Numbered from the stretch's first letter, positions 1-12,339 are shown. The stretch: DNA of 64,000 nt from Eledone cirrhosa (GCA_964016885.1 OZ024752.1:36828001-36892000); one strand, 5' to 3'. Numbers and translations: made by a program. Notes: generated by a model from the sequence alone, not told the origin.

Positions 1-1911
1 TGAGCTCCTACAATATGGTGGTGAGAGACTCCTGCAACATCTTCACTCTCTGTTTGGAAGGATATGGGCTAATGAATCCGTGCCTGAGGACTGGAGAGAT
101 GCAGTAATGGTGGTCTTGTACAAGGGAAAGGGTAACAGGAATGATTGTGGGAACTACAGAGGTATATCATTGCTTTCTGTCGTGGGGAAAGTTTTATGTA
201 GGGTGCTTCTGGACCGTCTGCTGACACACATTGCAGATTGTGTCCTTCCTGAAAGTCAATCTGGTTTTCGTGTTGGACGCGGCACTACTGATATGATCTT
301 CTCAGCTAGACAGCTCCAGGAGAAGTGCATTGAACAGGGCTTGGATCTGTATCAGGTTTTTGTCGATCTGACAAAGGCTTTCGATACTGTCAACAGAGAT
401 GCATTATGGAAGGTTCTCCAGAAACTTGGTTGCCCTGATAAGTTCCTTGCTTTAGTTAGGTCTTTCCATGACGACATGAAGGCTTGGGTTAATGTCGGAG
501 GTAACATGTCGGAGCCTATCTCAGTAAAAAATGGAGTGAAACAGGGGGATATTCCAGCACCGACCCTGTTTGCCATATACTTTGCAATGGTTTTCTGTGT
601 TGCATTCAGGAATTGCGAGCATGGTGTTTGCATCCGATATCGAACCTCAGGCAGCATATTTAACATCAGGCGCTTTGCTGCGAAGACAAAAGTATTTACA
701 TCAGTCATAAGAGACCTCTTGTATGCAGATGATTGCGATCTTGTAGCGCACACAGAGAGTGATATGCAGCACATTTTGAATGTATTTTCTGACGCTTGCA
801 CTGCCCTGGGTTTGACTGTCAGTCTCAAGAAAACCGTCGTCATGTACCAACCTGCACCTGGTAGGCAGTACACTGAACCAAACATCTATGTGTATGGCAA
901 ACGACTTGGAGTGGTTGATCAGTTTGTCTACCTGGGAAGCACTGTCAATCGATACGGCAACCTTGACAGTGAAATCTCACTTAGGATTAGGAAAGCAAGT
1001 GATGCTTTCGGAAAGCTAGAAAGGCGACTCTGGGGTCGGCGAGACATATGCAGGAGGACAAAGGTAAAGGTGTACAGGGCATGTGTACTCTCTTGTCTTC
1101 TTTATGCCTGCGAGACCTGGGTCACATATCGACGCCACCTTAAGCAATTGGAGCGTTTCCATCAGATGTGTCTCAGACGGATACATGGCGTTCGCTGGAG
1201 GGACCACATCAGTGATGTCGAGATTTTGGAAAGCTCTATGTGTGACAGTATAGAAGCTCTTGTGCTTAAGCAGCGACTCCGTTGGAGTGGTCACCTTGCC
1301 AGGATGAAGGATTCTAGAATACCAAAACAACTCTTCTATGGAGAGTTGGTTAAAGGAAAACGACCGCCACATAAACCAAAAAAGAGGTATAAGGATTCCT
1401 TGAAGGCCTCTCTGAAAGACGCTAACATCTCTGCTGATACATGGGAAAATATTGCTGCTGATCGTAATAAATGGAGAAAGACTGTATATGAGGGAAAAGT
1501 TGCCTTTGAGGCATCTCGAATCGCACACGAGAAAGTAAAGCGGGACGTGAGGAAGGGTATTGCTGTTGCACTTCCAGACGGCGAGGGTCCTCCTATGTTT
1601 CTGACATGCAGCGTCTGTGCGAGACTCTGCCTAAGCAAAGCTGGACTCGAAAGTCATCTTCGCAGTCATAAAGTAAGACCAGTGGTTGACTACCAGGCTG
1701 CTGTTGGAGATGCTACTCATCATGCTTGCCAAACATGTGGTAGAGAATGTAAATCAGCAGGAGGACTCAAGCGACATGCAAAAGTACACGAACTCCAACC
1801 ACAGCCGACTATTCCCAGTAAATGTTTTGGTTGCCGACTCTGTGCAAGACATTTTGGATCATTGGCTGGGCTAAAAAGCCACATTCGATCGCAGCACTGT
1901 TAGTTGCTATC

Positions 1912-1951
<40 letters not shown>

Positions 1952-2030
1952 GCTTATGTGCGTGCGTGTGTGTGTATATGTATATGAATATGTATATTAT
2001 TATTGTTGTTGTCGTTATTATTATTATTGC

Positions 2031-2115
<85 letters not shown>

Positions 2116-2153
2116 GTGCAATGGCCATACTCGATAACGAGGGGGCAGCCATC
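1..2153 (+). mobile_element. RTE-clade non-LTR retrotransposon copy 1 (continues upstream of the window): RT, C2H2 tail, microsatellite-rich 3' UTR, terminal stem-loop
   Basis: RT ORF plus a 3' end (TGCAATGGCCATACTCGATAACGAGGGGGCAGCCATCA) shared with the copy ending near 12388; followed by (TA)/(TATG)n. Confidence 0.93.
2..1903 (+). CDS. RTE-clade reverse transcriptase with three C-terminal C2H2 zinc fingers (5' partial)
   Basis: Motifs NYRGISLLS, QSGFR, FVDLTKAFDTV, GVKQGD, LYADD, YLGS, LRWSGH; fingers CSVC..H..H, CQTC..H..H, CRLC..H...H; frame open from position 2. Confidence 0.92.
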   Translation, partial: ELLQYGGERLLQHLHSLFGRIWANESVPEDWRDAVMVVLYKGKGNRNDCGNYRGISLLSVVGKVLCRVLLDRLLTHIADCVLPESQSGFRVGRGTTDMIFSARQLQEKCIEQGLDLYQVFVDLTKAFDTVNRDALWKVLQKLGCPDKFLALVRSFHDDMKAWVNVGGNMSEPISVKNGVKQGDIPAPTLFAIYFAMVFCVAFRNCEHGVCIRYRTSGSIFNIRRFAAKTKVFTSVIRDLLYADDCDLVAHTESDMQHILNVFSDACTALGLTVSLKKTVVMYQPAPGRQYTEPNIYVYGKRLGVVDQFVYLGSTVNRYGNLDSEISLRIRKASDAFGKLERRLWGRRDICRRTKVKVYRACVLSCLLYACETWVTYRRHLKQLERFHQMCLRRIHGVRWRDHISDVEILESSMCDSIEALVLKQRLRWSGHLARMKDSRIPKQLFYGELVKGKRPPHKPKKRYKDSLKASLKDANISADTWENIAADRNKWRKTVYEGKVAFEASRIAHEKVKRDVRKGIAVALPDGEGPPMFLTCSVCARLCLSKAGLESHLRSHKVRPVVDYQAAVGDATHHACQTCGRECKSAGGLKRHAKVHELQPQPTIPSKCFGCRLCARHFGSLAGLKSHIRSQHC

Positions 2154-2162
2154 ATGTATATA

Positions 2163-2198
<36 letters not shown>

Positions 2199-3074
2199 TG
2201 TATGTATGTATGTATGTATGTATGTATGTATGTATATATATGTATGTATGTATATATATATATATGTATATATGTATGTATGTATGTATGTATGTCCTAT
2301 CTATAAGCTCCCTCACACACGCTGTCTTTTCGTGGGGTAAGTTTTTTATTAATTTTTGTATTCTGAAACATCAAACTACAACAATTTGTTGGTCACTGGA
2401 CTCGGGAATGTCACGACAGAAGTTTGTGGAAGTTACACAAATATTTTAGTATATTTTAGCAGAGCAATCCTTATTTATATCTTACATTTTACATTTACTT
2501 ACATCTCAATATAACATGGCTAAAATTCAAATTTTGCAAAGAGAAGAAAACGGTCAAATGAACTAGATACATCTCACTGTCCCCCACCACCACAATAACG
2601 TCTACACCCTCTCCCCACCATCACATGTCATTACCCTATCTAGACTAAAGTCATCGACCTGTTGTCAAACTCTCTACTCTCTGTTGAATGTGTATATATA
2701 TATGTATGTATGTATATGTGTGTATATACATCACTCAGTCAGTCAAACGACCAGATTTCAACCCCAACATCTACAACAACAACACCGGCACTAATGTTTA
2801 CAGCAACAACAGCTTCAGAATGGACTGAAATGAACATTTACAACAACAACAACAATAGCGGCATCAAAAGATTAAAAAAAAAGAAAGGGAAGGGAAAAAA
2901 AAAGGAAAAAAAACAACAAAAAAACTCAAAATAACAAAACACACACACACACGCACACAACACAACAACAACATCAACTGCCACCACCACCACCACCACC
3001 GCCGCCATCACCACCACCGCCGCCGCCATCACCATCACCAGCGACCGGGCTTTAAGAAAACAACTTTAATAATA

Positions 3075-3223
3075 ATTTTTCTGCTTTTGGCACGGATCCA
3101 GCGACTGGTCCAGCGCATCACTGGTACTCTCTTTTGTTGTCTCCGTGGGGATGAAAGGCAAGGTTGACCTCGGCGGGATTTGAGCTCGGAGCGTGGAGGG
3201 CCGTGACTCTATGCTGTAAAGCA
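3075..3223 (-). mobile_element. Degenerate tRNA-derived SINE
   Basis: Reverse complement matches the family core GAGCTCAAATCCCGCCGAGGTCAACCTTGCCTTTCATCC and the 3' GTGCCAAAAG. Confidence 0.75.
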
Positions 3224-3471
3224 ATTATAATAATACTGGACTGTAGTACGATCGGCTTCAACTATACAAACTCTTGAAAGTCAACAGTTGACATAATCTT
3301 GTAATCTTGTATCAGTAATGACGGTAATATATATATATATTACACATATTCTAACACATATATATATTACACATATTCTAACACATATATATCCTAGAAA
3401 CGATCGTTAAATAATGAACTTTTTTTGTTTAATATAAGGAACTGTCTCATTGTTTATTCATTATTTGTTTA

Positions 3472-3523
<52 letters not shown>

Positions 3524-3649
3524 AAGTTTTATTTAAATTGTTGGGTTACAACGAGTAAATATTTATAACTGATATAAAAGCACTCAACAAGTATTTGGAG
3601 TATATTTACGATATTAAATAAATGGAAACTATATTTATAAAACCATATT

Positions 3650-3715
3650 TATTTCATTATATATATTTCAGGGATATCATATTAAAAATATGGTATGCCT
3701 TCTTCAGACAAAATA
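3650..3715 (-). ncRNA. Type-I hammerhead ribozyme, family A (inverted pLTR)
   Basis: Reverse complement of 8052-8117. Confidence 0.8.
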
Positions 3716-3971
3716 CAATATAAACAGTCTTATAAATAGATAGATTTGACATACCTTTCAACTTCCATTTAAAAAGTTGATTTGGTAGTGAAAAATGTTA
3801 GGGACAGTTATAAAAAGAAAGAAAGAAAAAAAGCGAAGAAAAAGAAGAAATGCATGCAACTAAATAGAGAGAGATAGATATAGAGAGATAGATAGAGAGA
3901 AGAAATTCATGTAAAGAAACAGAGAGAGATATATAGAGAGAGGAAAAGAACACAGAGGGAGATAGATAGAG

Positions 3972-4003
<32 letters not shown>

Positions 4004-4385
4004 AAAAATAGAGATAGATAGATATAGATAGAGATAGAGAGAAAGAAAATAGGTAGTTGGGCACCAGTTGAATGACGTATCAATGATATATTTATTTATT
4101 TATTTATTTATTTATTTAGTTCTAGTATTAATGTAGAGAGAGATATATGTGGTTAGGAGAGAAAACAGCCGTTACATAGAGAGAAAAGAAAAACATCCAG
4201 ACATAAACGAGGCAGATTTAAAACATTATGTTTCATCAATGTAAAAATATCAATACGTATGAATTAGGTATTATAATGCAAATATCAGCATTCATGAATG
4301 AGACACGTATCAATAATGTGTGAAAAATAATGATCATATGTCTAGTTTAAAACTCCTAGGTTTATATCAGAGTTGAGATAAAAAC

Positions 4386-6584
4386 TCTTTAAAAGACATA
4401 CCTCTACCTAGAAACAAAGACTTTATTAAACAATTAATAGATAAATTGGACTCTTTTATAAGGAGAATCAGGTGGCGGGCATTCCACTTTGATAAATCTA
4501 ATATAAATGAAAATGTCTCGGACTTAGACAAAGTTTTCAAATCTAAAAGAAATCCACCCCCCAACAAACTTTTATTTGACTTTGAAAACGATATAATTTC
4601 TATCATACAAGGAGTCAAATTCAAGAGAAACTTCAAAGGCCAGGAATATCTGAAAGGCATTAAGGATAATATTGAGAGCTTAGAGAAAACTGAGAAGATC
4701 TTGGTGAAATCTGACAAGACCAACAACCTCTATGGAGTGCAAAAAGACATGTATAATGGCCTCATACTGAAAGAACTGAGGAAAAAGTACAAGGTAGCAG
4801 ATAAGGCCGAGCTTGAGAAAATGAATGTTGAGGCATCTTGTATAATGCATGAGTTGGAAATTCAGAACAGAACACAACCTTTCGTGCCCAGGAAACCGAA
4901 CATCAATATGAAAGATCACAAAAGAAATTTTGAAAATGACCTGCCAGTCAGATTGATTGCACCATCAAAATCTGACCTGGGTAAACTAAGCAAAAACATT
5001 CTAGACAGGGTGATACAGCAAATGAAAAACTTGAATTGTTTACCTAACTTGAGCTTGTGGAAGGGAACTGGAGAGGTTATTGAGTGGTTTAAAGAAATTA
5101 AATATAACAATAATAATAAATTTATTCAACTAGATATTGCTAACTATTATTCATCTATTACCCCTAATCTACTAAATAAGGCACTAAATTACGCATTCAA
5201 ACATACAGACCTAACTAGCAATGAAATGCACATTATATTATCGGCTAGGAAAACATTGATAGAATTTAATGACCAACTATGGACCAGAGCAGATAGAGAT
5301 AACAATTTCGACATTACTATGGGATCATCCGACTCAGCTTAGGTAACTGACCTTGTGGGCCTATTTATAATCAATTCGCTGCATAGGAAAATACCCGGTG
5401 CTACCGGAGGTTTATATAGAGATGACATGCTTTTACTTATTGAAAATAATAACTCTGAACTAAATAGAAAAAGAAAACAAATTACACAATTTTTTAATTA
5501 CTTTAATCTAAAAATAGAAATTGAGAATAACCATAGAATAGTCAATTTCCTAGATGTAACATTAAATCTCAACACATGTCTTCACTATCCATTTCACAAG
5601 TTGAATGAAAACTTAAACTATGTCAGTTTTAACTCTAACCACCCCAGATCTGTTAAAAATACTATAGTAAACTCTGTTCAAAAACGTATCTCTAGAATCT
5701 CATCTAATAAAAAGATTTTCGACGAAAAAGCGCAGTATTACAATGAAGCGTTAGCTAGAGCAGGATATAGTGATAAAATTATGTACATAGATAATAATAG
5801 ACAAACTAACCAAAATAACAACAATTTTAATTACGGCAACAACTTTAACAACTATAATAGAAAGCACTACAATAATTCCAAAAGCCAAAAAAGAAATAGA
5901 ACTAGGAATATAATATGGTTTTCCCCTCCTTTCTCACTAAACATTAAAACCCACATCGCTAAACTATTTTTTAATGCTCTTGATAATCGCTTCCCCAGAA
6001 CACATAGGTATCACTCAATTTTCAATAGACATACTATAAAATTAACTTACTCATCCACCAAAAATTTAGCACAAAATATTAATAGAATAAATAATAGGAA
6101 TTTAAAACCTAGCCAAAATACCGATAATAGCATAAATAATATCCAAGTAAACAAATGTAACTGTAGAGATAGATCTAAATGTCCGTTAAATAACAATTGC
6201 TTAGTTAAAAATATAATATACAACTGTAATGTTAAAACGGACTTAAATTCTTTTAACTATGTTGGTTCCACCTCGACAGAATTTAAACTTCGCTATAATA
6301 ACCACAAGAATTCTTTCACAGATCCATGCAAAAAATCTTCAACATCACTTTCAGGCTTACTCTGGCAACTTAAGCATGATAACGTTGGATATTCGACGGC
6401 TTGGAATATAGTCTCAAGAGGGATTCCTTTTAATTCATCCTCTGAGACATGTGACCTCTGCGCGGAGGAGATATTCTTTATACTAAAATTTAAAAATTCC
6501 CTTAATTTACGGACAAATTTATTCAGTTGCTGCAGACATAGATTGAACTCAACTTTTAAATATAAATATAAATTTAAAATGTAG
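4386..6584 (+). pseudogene. PLE RT + GIY-YIG endonuclease ORF with one in-frame TAG (5340-5342)
   Basis: ORFs 4446-5342 and 5355-6584 are in the same frame; motifs SLKDIP, SDKT, LDIANYY, MGSSDSA*VTDLVG, LYRDD, FLDV, WFSPPFS, CNCx5Cx5C, NIIY..YVGST, CDLC, CRH. Confidence 0.9.
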
Positions 6585-7763
6585 TATATTTACTTTGATT
6601 TATAATTATTTATGAAACTCGCCGATAAATCTTTCGATTTCTTTTTTATTTTAAACATTCTTCATGAATAATTAAACTACTCTAAAAGCTGATGCTCCAA
6701 ATATATCGAATAAATTTTACACTAGATAAACTTCTATATTAAATATAAGACCATCTGTAAATCAAATGGGTATCCTAAACTTTTGGAATGATTTCTGCTA
6801 GACAGGATTTGGTAAATAATTTTGGTTTTGTTTGCTTTTGATTCTGATGCTTATAACGAACTTGGCAATATATTGTCAATTAACTTTTGAAGGGTTGATC
6901 TCTGCGGTTGATTTGCGGGGCATACTGTGTTTTATTTTTAATATTTTTATTTTTAATATTTTTTAATTTTTTTTGATATTTTTATTGATATATTGATATC
7001 TGTTCTCTATTTATGCTTGAACGATAATCATGTAGAATAAAGACAAGAATAGTATTGTTAAAATTAAGGTAGACTCTATATATATTTGTGTGTATGTACA
7101 CATATATGTATACTAGAATTTTATAGCACAATGAGAATGTTTTCATGTGAAATAGGAATTTGCAGAGTTGATCACGTAAATTCACATGGAAGTATATAGT
7201 ATCGAATCTGGGATAACCTTCTATTTTCTTTTTCTTTTCTTTTTTCTTTTTTCTTTTTTCTTTTTTCATGAAAGTGCATATATACTTATGTATTTCAATT
7301 TTTTTGAGGTTTTTTTATCTCGGTTTTTTATTTCAGTTTTTTATCTCAGTTTTTATCTCAATTTTTTTTATCTCAGTTTTTATCTCCACTCTGATATGTC
7401 TAGTTTAAAACTAGGAGTTTTAAACTAGACATATGATCATTATTTTTCACACATTATTGATACGTGTCTCATTCATGAATGCTGATATTTGCATTATAAT
7501 ACCTAATTCATACGTATTGATATTTTTACATTGATGAAACATAATGTTTTAAATCTGCCTCGTTTATGTCTGGATGTTTTTTCTTTTCTCTCTATGTAAC
7601 GGCTGTTTTCTCTCCTAACCACATATATCTCTCTCTACATTAATACTAGAACTAAATAAATAAATAAATAAATAAATATATCATTGATACGTCATTCAAC
7701 TGGTGCCCAACTACCTATTTTCTTTCTCTCTATCTCTATCTATATCTATCTCTCTCTATTTTT

Positions 7764-7795
<32 letters not shown>

Positions 7796-8051
7796 CTCTA
7801 TCTATCTCCCTCTGTGTTCTTTTCCTCTCTCTATATATCTCTCTCTGTTTCTTTACATGAATTTCTTCTCTCTATCTATCTCTCTATATCTATCTCTCTC
7901 TATTTAGTTGCATGCATTTCTTCTTTTTCTTCGCTTTTTTTCTTTCTTTCTTTTTATAACTGTCCCTAACATTTTTCACTACCAAATCAACTTTTTAAAT
8001 GGAAGTTGAAAGGTATGTCAAATCTATCTATTTATAAGACTGTTTATATTG

Positions 8052-8117
8052 TATTTTGTCTGAAGAAGGCATACCATATTTTTAATATGATATCCCTGAA
8101 ATATATATAATGAAATA
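8052..8117 (+). ncRNA. Type-I hammerhead ribozyme, family A
   Basis: Stem I UAUUUUGU/AUGAAAUA, core CUGAAGA (8060), stem II AGG..CAUAUU/AAUAUG..CCU, GAAA (8098), palindromic UAUAUA stem III, AUA cleavage triplet. Confidence 0.82.
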
Positions 8118-8566
8118 AATATGGTTTTATAAATATAGTTTCCATTTATTTAATATCGTATATATATATATATATATATGTGTGTGTGCGTGTGAGTAGA
8201 GTAGTGTGTGTGTTTGTTGTATGTATGAGTGTTGCTGTGTGCGCGCATATGTATGCGCGTAAACCCCTAGCCCTTGTCAGGGCATTCTTCTAGGAGAAGG
8301 CATCTCAGGAAACTGGGTTAACTCCGACATAAAACCTGCGGCTCAGTAGTTACCGATGATGTTGATCTTTTCTTCTTTTCGGGTTATAGCTACTGTGGCT
8401 CAGAGAGTGGGATTGGCTCAGTGCACAGTCTTTCCTCACTTTAAAAATATTCGTCACGCACAGGCATTGCACGAGTGCATTAATAATTATTAATAGTGTA
8501 CTATTATTATTATTATTATTACTATTATTATTACTTTTTTTTTTTTTTTTTTTTTTTTCCAATTCA

Positions 8567-9481
8567 ATGATGTTCCAGAACAATATAAAAGAGATAATTG
8601 GCAATTTAGGTTCTGGAACAAAAAAGATCATTGGCAATAAGGGCAGGGGCCCCAGGTTATCACAGCCTGGGCCCGCTCGTCATCGTGCCATTGTAATAGA
8701 GCCAAACAAGGCATTTAGTCTTGGCTGCTGGAACGTACGGACGCTGCTTGACAGGGATTCCTTGGGGCGTCCTGAACGAAGGACCGCTCTTGTTGCAAAG
8801 GAGCTTCGACGTTACGATCTTGACATCGTGGCTTTATCTGAGACGAGGCTAGCTGGCGATGGTCATCTTACGGAATTTTGTGGAGAATATACATTCTTCT
8901 GGAAAGGAAGAGATGAAGGAACCAGAAGAGAGGCTGGGGTAGGATTTGCTGTTAAGACTGTGCTTGTGAATAAATTAGAAGAATTCCCAGTAGGGATTAG
9001 TGAGCGTCTTATGTCCATGAGAGTTCCGCTGGACAAGGGAAGATATGCTACCCTGGTGAGTGTGTATGCTCCAACTATGAGTTCTGTCGATGAGGAAAAG
9101 GTGTCCTTTTACCATGCCTTGAAAGGTGTTTTAAGAAATATCCCTCAGGCAGACAAAGTCATCGTGCTTGGTGACTTTAATGCTAGAGTGGGTAGGGATT
9201 TTAACACATGGAATGTAATCGGAAGGCATGGGGTGGGAAAGTGTAACAGCAATGGTATGCTCCTGCTGCAGATGTGTGAGGAGCTGGATCTGTGTGTTAC
9301 CAACACCATGTTCCAACAAAAGAACAAATTCAAGACCACATGGATGCATCCTGCATCTAAGGAATGGCATCTTTTGGACTACGTCCTAGTTAGGATGCGT
9401 GACAGACAGGATGTGCAGTGTGTTCGTGTTTTCGTGGAGCTGAGTGCTGGACGGACCACCGCCTGGTACGCGCAAAAGTGA
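8567..9481 (+). CDS. APE-type endonuclease domain of the RTE element (frameshifted into the RT ORF near 9430)
   Basis: WNVRTL, ALSETR, GVGFAV, VYAPT, LGDFNARVG, TWMHP, LDYVLV; the TDH motif lies in the next frame. Confidence 0.88.
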   Translation: MMFQNNIKEIIGNLGSGTKKIIGNKGRGPRLSQPGPARHRAIVIEPNKAFSLGCWNVRTLLDRDSLGRPERRTALVAKELRRYDLDIVALSETRLAGDGHLTEFCGEYTFFWKGRDEGTRREAGVGFAVKTVLVNKLEEFPVGISERLMSMRVPLDKGRYATLVSVYAPTMSSVDEEKVSFYHALKGVLRNIPQADKVIVLGDFNARVGRDFNTWNVIGRHGVGKCNSNGMLLLQMCEELDLCVTNTMFQQKNKFKTTWMHPASKEWHLLDYVLVRMRDRQDVQCVRVFVELSAGRTTAWYAQK

Positions 9482-12111
9482 AACTAATCACTAAACGTAA
9501 AATCCGGGCTCCTGGTGTTGCCCTGCCCAAAAGATTGAATGCTGCTCGTCTTAAGGATAAAAATGTGAAGAGGACATTGGAAGAAGAGATGCAGGCTGCA
9601 GATCTTGGTGAGGATTGGCCGACCCTTAAAAAGTCTGTTTATGATGTAGGCAGGCGTGTTCTGGGATTGGCGCAGAGGAAACATCAGGACTGGTTTGATG
9701 AGAATGATGTACATATAGAAGACTTGTTGGCTGATAAGAGGCGTGCTCTGTCACGCTACTTGACGGCAAAACCACAGGAGAGGAATACGTTGCATGAGGA
9801 ACTCAGGGATGTAAAATCACGTGTTAGGCGGAGTCTTTCTCAGATGAAGGATCAGTGGTGGAGTGAGAAGGCTGGTGAGATACAAACTGCGTCTGATTCC
9901 AATAACACAAAGCTGTTGTACAGTCTCTTGCGTGAGGTTTATGGACCGTCTTCTTCTCTGGTGACACCGCTTCGCAGCAAGGATGGCAAAGAACTTCTTC
10001 GTGACCCACAGGGAATTCTACGAATGTGGCGAGAGCACTTTGATGATCTTTTGAATCAGCCGTCTGTCGTCAGTGAAGATTTCCTCAATCTCATTCCAGA
10101 AAGTCCTGTGAAAGTAGCTCTCGCAGAACCTCCGACGCTTGTGGAGGTTGCAGTGGCTATTTCGAAGCTGAACAGTGGAAGATCTCCAGGTATGGATGGT
10201 ATACATGCTGAGCTCCTACAATATGGTGGTGAGAGACTCCTGCAACATCTTCATTCTTTGTTTGGCAGGATATGGGCTAATGAATCCGTACCTGAGGACT
10301 GGAGAGATGCAGTAATGGTGGTCTTGTACAAGGGAAAGGGTAACAGGAACGATTGTGGGAACTACAGAGGTATATCATTGCTTTCTGTCGTAGGGAAAGT
10401 TTTATGTAGGGTGCTTCTGGACCGTCTGCTGACACACATTGCAGATTGTGTTCTTCCTGAAAGTCAATCTGGTTTTCGTGCTGGACGCGGCACTACTGAT
10501 ATGATCTTCTCAGCTAGACAGCTCCAGGAGAAGTGCATGGAACAAGGCTTGGATCTGTACCAGGTTTTTGTCGATCTGACAAAAGCTTTCGATACTGTTA
10601 ACAGAGATGCATTATGGAAGGTTCTCCAGAAACTTGGTTGCCCTGATAAGTTCCTTGCTTTAGTTAGGTCTTTCCATGACGACATGAAGGCTTGGGTTAA
10701 TGTCGGGGGTAACATGTCGGAGCCTATCTCAGTAAAAAATGGAGTGAAACAGGGGGATATTCCAGCACCGACCCTGTTTGCCATATACTTTGCAATGGTT
10801 TTCTGTATTGCATTCAGGAATTGCGAGCATGGTGTTTACATCCGATATCGAACCTCAGGCAGCATATTTAACATCAGGCGCTTTGCTGCGAAGACAAAGG
10901 TATTTACATCAATCATAAGAGACCTCTTGTATGCAGATGATTGCGATCTTGTAGCGCACACAGAGAGTGATATGCAGCACATTTTGAATACATTTTCTGA
11001 CGCATGCACTGCCCTAGGTCTGACTGTCAGTCTCAAGAAAACCGTCGTCATGTACCAACCTGCCCCTGGTAAGCAGTACACTGAACCAAACATCTATGTG
11101 TATGGCAAACGACTTGGAGTGGTTGATCAGTTTGTCTACCTGGGAAGCACTGTAAATCGATACAGCAACCTTGACAGTGAAATCTCACTTAGGATTAGGA
11201 AAGCAAGTGATGCTTTCGGAAAGCTAGAAAGGCGACTCTGGGGTCGGCGAGATATATGCAGGAGGACAAAGGTAAAGGTGTACAGGGCATGTGTGCTATC
11301 TTGTCTTCTTTATGCCTGCGAGACCTGGGTCACATATCGACACCACCTTAAGCAATTGGAGCGTTTCCATCAGATGTGTCTCAGATGGATCCATGGCGTT
11401 CACTGGAGGGACCACATCAGTGATGTCGAGATTTTGGAAAGCTCTATGTGTGACAGTATAGAAGCTCTTGTGCTTAAGCAACGACTCCGTTGGAGTGGTC
11501 ATCTTGCCAGGATGAAGGATTCTAGAATACCAAAACAACTCTTTTATGGAGAGTTGGTTAAAGGAAAACGACCGCCACATAAACCAAAAAAGAGGTATAA
11601 GGATTCCTTGAAAGCCTCTCTGAAAGACGCTAACATCTCTGCTGATACATGGGAGAATATTGCTGCTGATCGTAATAAATGGAGAAAGACTGTATATGAG
11701 GGAAAAGTTGCCTTTGAGGCATCTCGAATCGCATACGAGAAAGTAAAGCGGGATGTGAGGAAGGGCATTGCTGTTGCACTTCCAGACGGCGAGGGTCCTC
11801 CTATGGTGCTGACATGCAGCGTATGTACGAGACTCTGCCTAAGCAAAGCTGGACTCGAAAGTCATCTTCGCAGTCATAAAGTAAGACCAGTGGTTGACTA
11901 CCAGGCTGCTGTTGGAGATGCTACTCATCATGCTTGCCAAACATGTGGTAGTGAATGTAAATCAGCAGGAGGGCTCAAGCGACATGCAAAAGTACACGAA
12001 CTCCAACCACAGCCGACTATTCCCAGTAAATGTTTTGGTTGCCGACTCTGTGCAAGACATTTTAGATCATTGGCTGGGCTAAAAAGCCACATTCGATCGC
12101 AGCGCTGTTAG
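9418..12111 (+). CDS. RTE reverse transcriptase with C-terminal C2H2 fingers (continuation of the APE ORF)
   Basis: 897-aa ORF starting RGAECWTDHRLV; YADD; nearly identical to 2-1903. Confidence 0.92.
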   Translation: MCSCFRGAECWTDHRLVRAKVKLITKRKIRAPGVALPKRLNAARLKDKNVKRTLEEEMQAADLGEDWPTLKKSVYDVGRRVLGLAQRKHQDWFDENDVHIEDLLADKRRALSRYLTAKPQERNTLHEELRDVKSRVRRSLSQMKDQWWSEKAGEIQTASDSNNTKLLYSLLREVYGPSSSLVTPLRSKDGKELLRDPQGILRMWREHFDDLLNQPSVVSEDFLNLIPESPVKVALAEPPTLVEVAVAISKLNSGRSPGMDGIHAELLQYGGERLLQHLHSLFGRIWANESVPEDWRDAVMVVLYKGKGNRNDCGNYRGISLLSVVGKVLCRVLLDRLLTHIADCVLPESQSGFRAGRGTTDMIFSARQLQEKCMEQGLDLYQVFVDLTKAFDTVNRDALWKVLQKLGCPDKFLALVRSFHDDMKAWVNVGGNMSEPISVKNGVKQGDIPAPTLFAIYFAMVFCIAFRNCEHGVYIRYRTSGSIFNIRRFAAKTKVFTSIIRDLLYADDCDLVAHTESDMQHILNTFSDACTALGLTVSLKKTVVMYQPAPGKQYTEPNIYVYGKRLGVVDQFVYLGSTVNRYSNLDSEISLRIRKASDAFGKLERRLWGRRDICRRTKVKVYRACVLSCLLYACETWVTYRHHLKQLERFHQMCLRWIHGVHWRDHISDVEILESSMCDSIEALVLKQRLRWSGHLARMKDSRIPKQLFYGELVKGKRPPHKPKKRYKDSLKASLKDANISADTWENIAADRNKWRKTVYEGKVAFEASRIAYEKVKRDVRKGIAVALPDGEGPPMVLTCSVCTRLCLSKAGLESHLRSHKVRPVVDYQAAVGDATHHACQTCGSECKSAGGLKRHAKVHELQPQPTIPSKCFGCRLCARHFRSLAGLKSHIRSQRC

Positions 12112-12308
12112 TTGCTATCGTGTGTGTGTGTGTGTGTAGATATGCTTATGTGTGTGTGTATATATATATGTATATGTATATTATTATTGTTGTTGTCGTT
12201 ATTATTATTATTGTTATTAATGTATGTGTGTGTGTGTATGTGTGTGTGAGTGTGTGTATATGTGTATGTATATGTATATATATATTTCTTTTTTTTATTT
12301 TTATTTTA

Positions 12309-12339
<31 letters not shown>

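Larger units (their letters stand above)
3521..8160 (+). mobile_element. Penelope-like element (Naiad-type), near full length, with inverted 5' pseudo-LTR (3521-4387) and direct 3' pseudo-LTR (to 8160)
   Basis: 3521-4359 is the reverse complement of 7411-8160 plus an extra tail; RT+GIY-YIG ORF between; (TA)n at both ends; hammerhead motif in each arm. Confidence 0.92.

Noticed and set aside
5340-6200. Selenocysteine-type Naiad or programmed readthrough
   Set aside because: The stop is TAG at a Q/E position, and the linker cysteines are TGY in all three PLE families
8260-8560. HDV-like ribozyme at the RTE 5' end
   Set aside because: Could not identify the nested double pseudoknot by eye; the element may be slightly 5'-truncated
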